In this document: piece by piece, positions 1-9,127 of the stretch
Position numbering within the stretch: position 1 is the stretch's first letter
Layout: each line of letters begins with the position of its first letter
Assembly: GCA_963731645.1 (NCBI GenBank)
Contig: CAVSWF010000001.1
Coordinates: forward strand, 11,001 to 75,000
Source of the DNA: an uncultured Thermoleophilaceae bacterium
GTDB taxonomy: Bacteria; Actinomycetota; Thermoleophilia; Solirubrobacterales; Thermoleophilaceae
Reading direction: 5' to 3'
Length of the DNA: 64,000 bases
The notes under the pieces: generated by a model
The model's database searches: none
Told to the model about the DNA's origin: nothing
Seen by the model: only the letters and a program-made list of their open reading frames with translations
Position numbers and translations under genes: made by a program

Positions 1-149
1 TGCCGTCACGCTTGCCGAGACCTTGCTGCTGCCCTCGGTCTTCGGCGCTTTCGCGCTCGGCATCATCATGACGGCGGTCTGGGCGGCGCGTCATCCGCTA
101 CAAGATCGAGCTGGAGGACGCCGCACTCGCCGCGCCGGCCAAAGCGTGA
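1..149 (+). CDS. C-terminal fragment of a membrane protein; the gene starts upstream of the window and the family is not recognised
   Basis: Track ORF 23..319 encodes the hydrophobic segment LLLPSVFGAFALGIIMTAVWAA. After a 1-nt frame change near 85-90, the reading RVIRYKIELEDAALAAPAKA ends at TGA 147-149, directly followed by a hairpin. Confidence 0.3.
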
Positions 150-173
150 CCCGGAAGGCGGCTTTTCGGGTCA
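147..173. terminator. Hairpin between convergent genes (possible bidirectional terminator)
   Basis: Inverted repeat GACCCG (148-153) / CGGGTC (167-172) with a TTTT run. It lies between the stop at 147-149 (+) and the PKS stop at 186-188 (-). Confidence 0.35.
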
Positions 174-185
174 GCCAACCCAAGC

Positions 186-1290
186 TCAAAGCTCCAGGAT
201 GGCGAAATAGGCGGAGAAGCCCGGACCGAAGGCGGTCAGCAGATGCCGGCCCTTGGCGCCCTTGCCTGATCGCCTCGTCGAGGATGAACAGCGCGGTGGC
301 CGAGGACATGTTGCCGTAGTCGCGCAGCACGCTCCAGGAATGCCTGAGATCGTGCTCGTCAGGCCGAGCACGGCCTGCGCCGTCTCCAGCACCTTGCGCC
401 CGCCGGGATGGAACAGGAAGCCGTCGAAATCCTCGACCGACAGGCTCGTGCTTGTCGAGGAAGCCGGTCAGCGCGTCGCCGAGATGGTCCCGCATCAGGA
501 AAGGCAGTTGCGGCGACAGCACGACGCCGAAACCGTCATGCTTCATGTCCCAGCCCATGATGCGCTCGGTGTCGCGCCACAGATGCTCGCCGGTGGCGAC
601 GACCCGCGGCCGGCCGGCCGACAGCGCTTCGGCGCCCTCCGGCTCCTTGCGCAGCACGACGCCGACCGCGCCGTCGCCGAACAGCGCCGCCGAGACGAAC
701 ATCTCGATGCTCGGATCGTCGATGCGCAGGCAGAGCGAGCAGAGGTCGACGGTCATGAACAGCACATTGGCGCCGGGCATGGAGCGCGCCAGCCGCGCCG
801 CGCGCGACAGGCCGGCGACGCCGCCGCCGCAGCCGAAGCCGAAGATCGGCAGCCGCTCGGCGTCGGTGCGGAATTCGACGCGGTTGAACAGCCGCGCGTC
901 GAGGCTCGGCACGGCGATGCCGGTGATGGTGTTGACGACGACGGCGTCGATGTCGGTCGATGGCGAGCCCGGCCGCCGCGACCGCATCGCGCGCGACCCG
1001 TTCGAGCAGGTCGAGCGCGTGGCGGCAGTAGGTCTCGCTGCGCTCTTCCCAGCTATGCGGCTTCAGGTACCATTCGCGCGTCTCGCAGGCGTAGCGCTGC
1101 TCGATGCCGGTGTTCACGTAGAGCGAATCGAACTGGGAGAATTGCGGCGCAGATGACCTTGGCGCGTTCGGCCATCTCCTGCTGGGTGACCTTGTTGTCC
1201 GGGCACGGCGGTCGCGACCGAAAGGATCGAGACGTCGATCGGCGCCGATAGCGGCGCCTTGATCGAACGCGGTTCCGTCACTGCAAGCAT
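186..1290 (-). CDS. Type III polyketide synthase (chalcone/stilbene synthase family), frame-disrupted in this sequence
   Basis: Pieces lie in several minus frames (tracks 1114..1443, 536..1327, 91..987, 186..392). Motifs: ILSVATAVP, FSQFDSLYVNTGIEQRY, Cys region IFGFGCGGGVAGL, ALFGDGA, YGNMSSATALFILDE, LLTAFGPGFSAYFAILEL. ATG at 1288-1290, stop at 186-188. At least 4 frame changes. Confidence 0.8.
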
Positions 1291-1527
1291 GCGTTCTCCC
1301 GCCGTCCGTGCCGATGCGCGCAAGCATCGTCTTGCTTCCGGTCTTCGGCCGGCCGATCCGTCACGTCTGATTTGAATACCATGACGCCAACGCTGTCGAG
1401 CAGCGTTTTCTTCCCGCGCTAGGATGCGCGCAGCCGGTCGCAAGCAGGCGCTTCAATCGCCCCTATCGCAGCGGAAGCCTTCATTTCGCCGTATCGCATT
1501 CTGACGGGACGGCATTCGCTCGAGATC

Positions 1528-2340
1528 ATGGCGATGCCTGTTCGGCCTGATGCTTTGCCTGAGCTGCGACGCTGCCGGCGACAGCCGCGCTGCCGGTGCA
1601 GGCCGCGCCGGTCGATGTCGAACTGGTGCTCGCCGTCGACATCTCCCGCTCGATGGACACGGAGGAGTTCGCGCTGCAGCGGGCGGGCTACGTCGCGGCG
1701 CTGCGCCATCCCGATTTCCTCAATGCGGTGCGCACCGGCATCAACGGCCGCATCGCGCTCACCTATTTCGAATGGGCCGGCACGGTGCGCGAGGAGACGC
1801 GTCGTGCCCTGGCAGGTCATCGACAGCGCCGAAACCGCCGATGCCTTCGCGCGCAAGGCTGGAGGACCGGCCCGTGCGACAGCTTTCGCGGCACCTCGAT
1901 CTCCGGCGCGCTGACCTTCGGCGCCGGCCTGTTCGACGACAATGCCTTCGACGGCTATCGCCGCGTCATCGACATTTCCGGCGACGGCCCCAACAATATC
2001 GGCACTGCCGGTGGTTGCCGCGCGCGACGCGGCGGTCACGGACGGCATCACCGTCAACGGCCTGCCGATCCTGATCCGGCCGTCGCCGACGGTGCGCGAG
2101 CTCGACCGCTACTATGCCGAATGCGTGACCGGCGGGCCGGGCTCCTTCGTGCTGCCGATCAGGCACGCGTCGGAATTCGCCACCGCCATCCGGCGCAAGC
2201 TGATCCTGGAAGTCAGCGGCGCGCCGACGGCGGAGCGGATCGTTCCCGCGCAGGCCGAGCACGCCGATCGACTGCGAGCGCGGCGAGCGCGACCGGCGGC
2301 TGCTTGTCCGATCCCTATTATCCCGCAGCTGGACAAGTAG
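1528..2340 (+). CDS. DUF1194 (vWA-like) protein, probably secreted, frame-disrupted
   Basis: VDVELVLAVDISRSMDTEEFALQRAGY, TYFEWAG, RVIDISGDGPNN, TVNGLPI and YYAECVTGGPGSFV are spread over three plus frames (tracks 1528..1914, 1596..3218, 1942..2340). Both the start and the 3' end are uncertain. Confidence 0.7.
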
Positions 2341-3141
2341 GGCAGCCGCGTCAGCTTCAGCCGCGCGGGATCCTTGGCGTCGTCGTCCAGCCAGCGGCCC
2401 ATGAAGTATTTGAGCTGCTTGTGCCACCACGGCCAGTCGTGGTTGACGTCCGTGCCCCAATAGTCGACCCAGGCCGGGATGTCCTTGTCGCGAAGCACCT
2501 GCTTCGAGCCGCCTGCGTCTCGACGAGCATCCGCTCCTCCCAGCGGCCCTGGCCGCAGCAGAAGAACATCCGGTCCGCCCGGATGCGCGTTCAGGACGCG
2601 CTCGTCGTCCAGCCCGGCCAGATAGTCGAGCGGCGAATGGTAGAAGATGCCGCCGTCGAGTTCGGCACCGAAGAAATCGCGGGTCGAATAGACGCCGCGA
2701 CAGCGCGATCACGCCGGCCACAGCTCTCGGGAAAATGGAACAGGAAGTTCGAGGCGTGGAAGGCGCCCATCGAGCAGCCGGTGACCAGCGGCTTCAGCAT
2801 CTGGCCGCCGTTCAGCACCCGCGCCTCGCGCGCGATCTCGGGCAGCGCTTCGTCGCTGCACGTAGCGGAAATAGGCGTCGTGGCGGCCGATCCGGGCCTG
2901 CAGGTCCGGGCTCTTGCTGAGGAAGGTCTCGCCGTCGATGCCGTCGAGCGTGAAGATCTGGATGCGGCCGTCGTCGATGAATTCGGCAAGCGCCGCCACC
3001 GCGCCGGAATCCTCGTACTGGAAGAAGCGCCCGCCCGAGGTCGGGAACACGACGACCGGCCGGCCGGAATGGCCGTAGCGCTTGTGCTCCATCGGCCGGC
3101 CGAGATGGAAGCTGTCTTTCTTGTGATAGGAAATGTGCAAC
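2340..3141 (-). CDS. Esterase-family alpha/beta hydrolase, frame-disrupted
   Basis: Tracks 2709..3410, 2591..2989 and 2112..2498 carry RPVVVFPTSGGRFFQYEDSG, the nucleophile elbow TGCSMGAFHASNF, and WGTDVNHDWPWWHKQ. A TTG start near 3139 follows the ATP-grasp stop by a few nt. The 3' end is not resolved because the frame runs on over the DUF1194 gene. Confidence 0.6.
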
Positions 3142-3145
3142 TGCG

Positions 3146-4316
3146 TCAGGCCTCTTCGGCGTGGATGAAGCGCACCGCGTCTCTGAGTTCGTCCAGGTTC
3201 TTCGACCGCATCTGGTAGGCGTAGTTGCCCATGGCGCGGCTGAAGACGTCCTCGATCGGCTGGTGGCGCATGATCTTGTCGCCGTGCGCGGCTAGCACGG
3301 CCTGATGGTCGTGGCGATAGCGGATGTGGCGCTTTCGGCTGGCATAGGCGGTGAAATATTTGCCCTTGAACGGCCCGCCGACCCTGTTGTTGACCACCAT
3401 GTTCGCCCATTCGGCATAGACGTCGATGTCGTAGGTGAAGTTGATGGCGTCGGTCATCCAGGCGCCGGGCGGCCGCATGTTGACCTCCAGCGCGATGACG
3501 CGGCCGTCCGGATGGGTCTGGAAGAATTCGATGTGGAAGAAGCGCTCGCGCACGTCGAACGCCTTCAGGATCTTGCGGCCCGCCGCCTCGATCGCCGGGT
3601 CGACCTCGGGACGGCAGACATAGCTCATGTGGCGGTCCTTGTTGACGACCTCCATGACGCTCTGGTCGTAGCGGGTGCTGGCGGCGAAGACGACCTCGCC
3701 GTCGATGTTGACCAGCCCGTCATAGGTCACCACCAGCCCGTCGATGAACTGCTCCATGACGAAGGTGACGCCTTCCGGCTTGCTGGCGGAAGAAATCGTC
3801 GAGTTCGGCGGCGTTCGAGATCTTGTAGGTGTTGCGAGCGCCCGAGCCGCTGTCGGGCTTGATCACCACCGGATAGCCGACGCGGCGGATGAAGGTCTGC
3901 GCGCCGGCGCGGTCGGAGCAGGTGCGCTGCGGGATGGTCTCGACGCCGCTCTTGCGGAAGAAGGCGCGCATGCGCGACTTCTTCTTCAGGTTCTTCACGA
4001 AATCGAGCTTGGTGCCGAAGATGTTGAAGTCGGTGCGGATGCCGGCCTCGAGATCGAGCCAGTGCTCGTTGAGCGATTCGAAGCGGTCGATGCGGCCCCA
4101 TTTGTGGATGAAATGGCCGATCGCGCGGAAGACGAGATCGTAATTCTCCATGTCGGCGACGAGGTAATATTCCGACAGCGCCTTCTTGAGCTTCTGCTCG
4201 AGCCCGTCATAGGGCGCGTCGCCGATGCCGAGCACGGTGGCGCCGGCCTTTTTCAGCCGGTCGCAGAAATCGGCGCCGTTGGCCGGGAAATGCGGGGAGA
4301 AGAAGACGAAGTTCAT
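3146..4316 (-). CDS. ATP-grasp domain ligase of unknown substrate, with one frame change near 3740
   Basis: Track 3720..4316 (MNFVFFSPHFPANG...GYPVVIKPDSGSGARNTYKI) continues in track 3146..3757 (FIDGLVVTYDGL...FFHIEFFQT...EVNMRPPG). This is the typical ATP-grasp fold order. Confidence 0.8.
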
Positions 4317-4417
4317 GAGCGCACCCTCCGCACGCGTTCGGAACGGATCGCAGCTTGGTGCATTTTTGCCCCGTGCGGAAGAGGCGAAGGAACCGTCGCT
4401 ATTCCGCGAAACGGCTT

Positions 4418-4437
4418 GACCTCAACTGGTTGAGGTC
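4418..4437 (-). terminator. Short perfect hairpin downstream of metA (weak terminator candidate)
   Basis: GACCTCAAC-TG-GTTGAGGTC, about 170 nt after the metA stop. There is no clear U-tail. Confidence 0.25.
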
Positions 4438-4609
4438 GGCTCGCTCCTGCGGCGAGCGATCATAGCGAGCAGGCAAACAGCCCAGCCCGCGCAGTGCGCA
4501 ATCCGATCTGCGCCGCTCGGGGCGGCGTAGCTGGCATCGCCGCTTGCAGCAGGAACGCTGTCTGCTGGCCGAACGAGTTCGCGAAGTCGCGCATCATGCG
4601 GAAGTGGAT

Positions 4610-5542
4610 TCACGACTTCACGAGCGAGGGACCGATCCTCTCGAGGTCGAAGGAGGTCGTTTGGTAGACCTGATTGATCCAGTTGCCGAACAAAAGATGG
4701 GCGTGGGAGCGCCAGCGATTGAGCGGCGGCCGGCTGGGGTCGTCATCGGGATAGTATCCGTGCGGTATCGCTATCGGCGAGCCGGCGGCTACGTCGCGGT
4801 CGTATTCTTCCTTCAACGACGTCGAGTCGTATTCGATGTGATTGAACATATAGAGCCGGTTGCCGGTCCTTTCGGCGGCGAGGGATGGACCGGTCACGTC
4901 CAACTCCATCAGCAGTTCGAGGTCCCGCACGGCGGAAATGTCGGCCGCCCTTACCTCCGTCCATCGCGAAACCGGAATTGCGAAATCGTCCGAGAAGCCG
5001 GCGAGGTAGGGCGAGGCAGGGGCGTTGTTGCTGTGCCGGAAGACACCGAAGGCCTTGTTTTCCAGCGTGTATTTGGGAATGCGGTGGAAATGCCAGGCGG
5101 CCGCCATTGCTCCCCAGCAGATGAAGAAGGAGGAGTGCACATTCGACGTCGTCCAATCGAGGATGCGCGTCAACTCGTTCCAGTACGAAACCTGTTCGAA
5201 GGGCAGCAGCTCGATGGGAGCTCCCGTGATGATGAAGCCGTCGAACTTGCGCTCCGCGACCTCTTCCCAGGTCTGATAGAAGGCGATCAGGTGCTCTTCG
5301 GACGTGTTCTTGGCCTTGTGGCCGCCGATGCGTACGAGCGTCAGCTCGACCTGCAGGGGAGAGGCGCCGATAAGGCGCGCGAATTGCGTTTCGGTGCGGA
5401 TCTTGTTGGGCATCAGGTTCAACAGCCCGATCTGCAACGGACGGATGTCCTGGCGCAGCGCCGTCCGCTCGTCCATCACCGATACGCCTTCGCGCACGAG
5501 TATTTCGTGGGCAGGCAGCTGATCGGGTATCTTGATCGGCAT
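4610..5542 (-). CDS. metA: Homoserine O-acyltransferase MetA (succinyl/acetyl), intact
   Basis: Single ORF (track 4610..5554) with [11 protein letters not shown]...[10 protein letters not shown]...[10 protein letters not shown]...[13 protein letters not shown]. The ATG at 5540-5542 has a GGAG 7 nt upstream. The track start at 5554 is a TTG inside the leader. Confidence 0.92.
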   Translation of the reverse strand: MPIKIPDQLPAHEILVREGVSVMDERTALRQDIRPLQIGLLNLMPNKIRTETQFARLIGASPLQVELTLVRIGGHKAKNTSEEHLIAFYQTWEEVAERKFDGFIITGAPIELLPFEQVSYWNELTRILDWTTSNVHSSFFICWGAMAAAWHFHRIPKYTLENKAFGVFRHSNNAPASPYLAGFSDDFAIPVSRWTEVRAADISAVRDLELLMELDVTGPSLAAERTGNRLYMFNHIEYDSTSLKEEYDRDVAAGSPIAIPHGYYPDDDPSRPPLNRWRSHAHLLFGNWINQVYQTTSFDLERIGPSLVKS

Positions 5543-5552
5543 CGCAAACTCC

Positions 5553-5591
5553 AAACAAAAAAACCGGCCATTGCTCGCGCAAAGCCGGTTA
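5553..5591 (-). terminator. Intrinsic terminator/attenuator in the metA leader
   Basis: Minus strand reads AACCGGC-T-TTGC-GCGA-GCAA-TG-GCCGGTT followed by TTTTTGTTTGG. It sits between the riboswitch and the metA ribosome-binding site. Confidence 0.6.
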
Positions 5592-5604
5592 CAGGATGCA
5601 ACGG

Positions 5605-5655
5605 CCCTTTAGCGAGTTGTTTAACGTGGCTGCAAGCCGACCGGCCAAATCACCA
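5605..5655 (-). promoter_or_regulatory. SAM-II (metA-element) riboswitch
   Basis: Minus strand reads CGTGGTGATTTGGCCGGTCGGCTTGCAGCCACGTTAAACAACTCGCTAAAGGG. P1 pairs CGTGG with CCACG. The 3' GCTAAA can pair with the loop TTTGGC to form an H-type pseudoknot. The position upstream of metA in an alphaproteobacterial context fits my recollection of the published metA motif. Confidence 0.65.
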
Positions 5656-5797
5656 CGGATATTTCGCGTCCTTCTAAGCCTGCACGCCTTTGCCGTCAAC
5701 GGGCGGAAATAGCCGGCTGCATTGCAGTCTCGACATTCCGGGCGGCGGCCTGTATTCCGCTGCGGTCCTCAATACCGAGGCTTTCCGGACCTGCATC

Positions 5798-5890
5798 ATG
5801 ACGAAAGCGACCGATCTCTCACGTCCGCAACCCCGCGCGGGTATCATGGACATCGAGGCCTATGTGCCCGGCAAGAGCGCGGCGCATGGT
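5798..5890 (+). pseudogene. hisC: 5' fragment of histidinol-phosphate aminotransferase (hisC), cut off at the junction
   Basis: ATG at 5798, then MTKATDLSRPQPRAGIMDIEAYVPGKSAA, a typical HisC N-terminus. The expected KLSSNE-type continuation is missing and the reading degenerates after about 30 codons. Confidence 0.6.
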
Positions 5891-5917
5891 GCGGTTGAGC
5901 TTGCGCTTCCGGATGGG

Positions 5918-7165
5918 TCAGAGCCGCACGAGGTTGGGCGCCTCGATCCCGCGGGTGACGCCGCGGAAGTCGACCACGAGCGGCGCGGACGCCACCACGG
6001 CCTCCACGTCGAGCCCGGGGTGGGCGGTGAGGATGGCAGCGGCGTCGGCCCCCTCGAGGGCCGCTTCGAGCGGCTCGGAGCGCAGGTCGAAGTCGGGCAG
6101 CTCGGGCACGAAGTCGTCGTGGTAGACGAGCTCGGCTCCGCGCTTCGAGAGCAGGCGCATGATCTTGATGGCGGGCGACTCGCGCATGTCGCCGACCCCG
6201 GGCTTGTAGGCCACCCCGATGATCGCTATCCGTGAGCCCTTGACCGACTTCTCGTGGTCGTTGAGGGCGTGGGCGATCTTCTCCTCGCAGAAGTAGGGCA
6301 TCGCCTGGTTGACCTCGCCGGCCAGCTCCACGAACTCGGTGGGCTGGCCGAACTCGCGGGCGCGCCACGCCAGGTAGAAGGGATCCACCGGGAGGCAGTG
6401 CCCGCCCATGCCCGGGCCGGGCTTGAAGGGCATGAAGCCGTAGGGCTTGGTCGCGGCCGCCTCGACGACCTCCCAGACGTCGATCTCCATCCGGTCGCAC
6501 AGCATCGCCAGCTCGTTCACCAGCGCGATGTTCACCGAGCGGAAGACGTTCTCCAGCAGCTTGGTCAGCTCCGCCACCTCGGGCGTACCCACCCGCACGA
6601 TCTCGTCGCAGACCTCCGAGTACAGGGCCACGGCCCGCTCCAGGCATTCCGGGGTCAGCCCGCCGACCACCTTCGGGGTGTTGCGCAGCGTGAAGTCCGT
6701 GCGCCCGGGGTCGATCCGCTCGGGCGAGAAGGCCACGTTGAAGTCGCGCCCGGCGGCCAGCCCCGACTCCTCCAGCAGCGGCACCAGCCGCTCGCGGGTG
6801 GTGCCGGGGTAGGTCGTGGACTCGAGCACGACCAGCTGGCCCTGCTGGAGGACCGAGGCCAGTGACTGCCCCGAGCCCACGAGCGGGCCGAGGTCGGGCT
6901 CGCGGTTGCGGGTGAGCGGCGTGGGGACCGCGATGACGACGGCCTCGCAGGGCGCGAGGTCGGCGTAGCGGCGGGAGGCCTGGAGGCGATCGCCGACGGC
7001 TGCCAGCCGGGCGCTCGGGATGTCCTCGATGTAGCTCTCGCCGCTCGCGAGCGCGCTGATCCGCCGCTGGTCGGTGTCCACCCCCACCACGTCGTGCCCC
7101 GCCTCCGCGAACTCGACCGCCAGGGGCAGCCCGACGTAGCCGAGACCTACGATTCCGATCTGCAT
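5918..7165 (-). CDS. Nucleotide-sugar dehydrogenase (UDP-glucose / UDP-ManNAc dehydrogenase family), intact
   Basis: MQIGIVGLGYVGLPLA Rossmann motif and catalytic Cys region PGPGMGGHCLPVDP. ATG at 7163-7165. The longer track ORF to 7417 is an Arg/Gly-rich upstream extension. Confidence 0.9.
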   Translation of the reverse strand: MQIGIVGLGYVGLPLAVEFAEAGHDVVGVDTDQRRISALASGESYIEDIPSARLAAVGDRLQASRRYADLAPCEAVVIAVPTPLTRNREPDLGPLVGSGQSLASVLQQGQLVVLESTTYPGTTRERLVPLLEESGLAAGRDFNVAFSPERIDPGRTDFTLRNTPKVVGGLTPECLERAVALYSEVCDEIVRVGTPEVAELTKLLENVFRSVNIALVNELAMLCDRMEIDVWEVVEAAATKPYGFMPFKPGPGMGGHCLPVDPFYLAWRAREFGQPTEFVELAGEVNQAMPYFCEEKIAHALNDHEKSVKGSRIAIIGVAYKPGVGDMRESPAIKIMRLLSKRGAELVYHDDFVPELPDFDLRSEPLEAALEGADAAAILTAHPGLDVEAVVASAPLVVDFRGVTRGIEAPNLVRL

Positions 7166-7176
7166 ACGCCGCCAGT

Positions 7177-7995
7177 CTAGGGCGAAAGAAGGACCGCGGA
7201 CCAACCGTGGTCGGTGAGCCGCCGGCGCTCGGTGAGCGCCGGCCCGAAGGCCTCCACCACCTCGTCGGCCTCGTGCTCGAGCAGGCCCGAGACGATCAGC
7301 GCGCCGGGCGGCCGGCTCATCTGCCCGGCCACCCTGAGCAGCAGCCCGCGCATCAGGTTCGCCACCACCACGTCGGCGTGGGGCGGCGCCTCGTGGCGAA
7401 GGTCCGCGCGCTCGCACCGTCTGCGAGGCTCACGCCGTTCGCGCCGGCGTTCAGCGCTGTGGCCTCCACCGCGAGGCGGTCCGCGTCGAGCGCCACGACG
7501 GGCGCGAAGCCGAGCCTGGCCGCGCCGATCGACAGCACGCCGGAGCCACAGCCCAGGTCGCACAGCGAGCCCGGGCTCCCCTCCCCGGCGAGCCCCACCA
7601 GCAGCTCGAGGCACAGGCGGGTCGTGGGATGCGCGCCCGTGCCGAAGGCCCGGCCGGGATCGATGACGAGATCGATCACGTCCGCGCGGTCGAGCGGCTC
7701 CTCCCAGGGCGGCCGCACCCAGATGCGCTCGGCCACCAGCACCGGCGAGTGGAAGCGCTTCCAGCGCTCCTCCCACCCGTCGGGGACCTCGCGGCCGCTC
7801 ACCACGCACGCGCACGCCGGCCACCTCGGCCTCCCCCTCGGCCAGCTCCGGCAGCTCCCCAGGGGCCCCGTAGACGGCGAACTCGACCCAGCCGTCGCCG
7901 TCCACCTCCTCGACCCCGGACGGCGCGAGCTCGATCATGGCGCCGAGCACGGTCTCGGCGGCCTCGGCGGGGGCCCTTACCGCCAGGCGGATCAG
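7177..7995 (-). CDS. prmA: Ribosomal protein L11 methyltransferase, with two frame changes
   Basis: Tracks 7177..8697 and 7353..7805 carry IRLAVRAP..., WEERWKRFH, IDPGRAFGTGAHPTT, the SAM motif DLGCGSGVLSI, and VVANLM. The start codon is not resolved, with no ATG/GTG next to the dnaJ stop. Confidence 0.8.
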   Translation of the reverse strand: MIRLAVRAPAEAAETVLGAMIELAPSGVEEVDGDGWVEFAVYGAPGELPELAEGEAEVAGVRVRGERPRGPRRVGGALEALPLAGAGGRAHLGAAALGGAARPRGRDRSRHRSRPGLRHGRASHDPPVPRAAGGARRGGEPGLAVRPGLWLRRAVDRRGQARLRARRGARRGPPRGGGHSAERRRERREPRRRCERADLRHEAPPHADVVVANLMRGLLLRVAGQMSRPPGALIVSGLLEHEADEVVEAFGPALTERRRLTDHGWSAVLLSP

Positions 7996-9127
7996 CGAAG
8001 CGCCCGCTTGACCTTCGAGAGCAGCGACTCGCTCTTGGCCTCGCGGAGGTTCTCCTCGCTCAGACCGTCGCGCAGCTCGGCCAGCAGCTCGCGCTGGCGG
8101 GCGTTCAGGTTCTGGGGGATCACCACGTTGAGGACCACCTGCTGGTCGCCGGCGCGGCCCCTCCCGATCGTCGGCATCCCCCTTCCGCGCAGGGTCACGA
8201 CGGTGCCGGGCTGGGTGCCCGGCCGGCACGTCGATCTCCTCGTCTCCGTCGAGCGTGGGCACGCGTACCTTCGTGCCGAGGGCCGCCGCGGGAGCGGCGA
8301 TGTCGACCACCGAGACGAGATCGCTGCCGTCGCGCAGGAAGCGCTCGTCCTCGGCCACACGGACCAGCACGTAGAGGTCCCCGGCGGGCCCTCCCCGCTC
8401 GCCCGAGTGACCGCGGCCGGTCAGGCGGATGCGCTGCTCGTCGGAGATGCCGGCCGGCACGTCCACGGCCAGCTGGCGGCGCACGGCCCGCTGGCCGCGC
8501 CCGTGGCACTCGGTGCACGGCGTGGCGGCCACCTTGCCCTCGCCCTGGCAGACGTCGCAGGCCTGCGCGCGCACCATCTGCCCGAACGCGGTGCGGGTGA
8601 CCGCCCGCAGCTGCCCGGCTCCGCCGCAGCGCTCGCAGGTCTCGATCGGCGTGCCCGGCTCGGCGCGGTTGCCGTGGCAGCGCTCGCAGGGCGCCACGGC
8701 GTCGTAGGTGACGTCGACGCGTGGCGCCGCGCGCCGCCTGCTCCAGCGTGATCTGCACCTCCACCCCCACGTCGCCGCCCTGGACGGGGCCCGGCCCGCC
8801 CGCGGCGCCGCGGCGCCCGCCGCCGAACGGATCGCCCCCGAAGAACGCCTCGAAGATGTCGCCGAAGGAGCCGAAGCCGTGGCTCTGCGGCGCGTAGCCG
8901 CGGGAGTCGAGGCCGTCCCAGCCGTAGCGGTCGTAGACCGCGCGCCGCTCGGGGTCCGAGAGCACCTCGTAGGCCTCCGCGGCCGCCTTGAACTTCTCCT
9001 CGGCCTCGGGGTCGTCGCGGTTCACGTCGGGGTGCAGGTCGCGGGCCACGACGCGGAAGGCCTTCTTGATCTCGCGCTCGTCGGCGCCGCGCGAGACGCC
9101 GAGCAGCTCGTAGGCGTCGGTCCTCAC
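7992..9127 (-). CDS. dnaJ: Chaperone DnaJ, with two frame changes
   Basis: J-domain [31 protein letters not shown] (track 8195..9127). Four CxxCxGxG zinc motifs [31 protein letters not shown] (track 7177..8697). C-terminus in track 7992..8360. Confidence 0.9.

Noticed and set aside
5555-5917. Search for a mobile element, integrase, IS end or att-like repeat at the block A / block B junction
   Set aside because: I found nothing of the kind. The region holds only the metA leader, the hisC fragment and a gene stop codon.
7166-7417. 84-codon N-terminal extension of the nucleotide-sugar dehydrogenase ORF
   Set aside because: The extension is Arg/Gly/Ala-rich and overlaps the 3' end of prmA. The Rossmann motif begins right after the ATG at 7165.
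7207-8751. 514-aa plus-strand ORF, with companions at 7629..8600 and 8421..9164
   Set aside because: It lies antisense to or out of frame with prmA and dnaJ. Its composition is Arg/Pro/Gly/Ala-rich with no recognisable motifs. This is the typical shadow ORF of GC-rich DNA.
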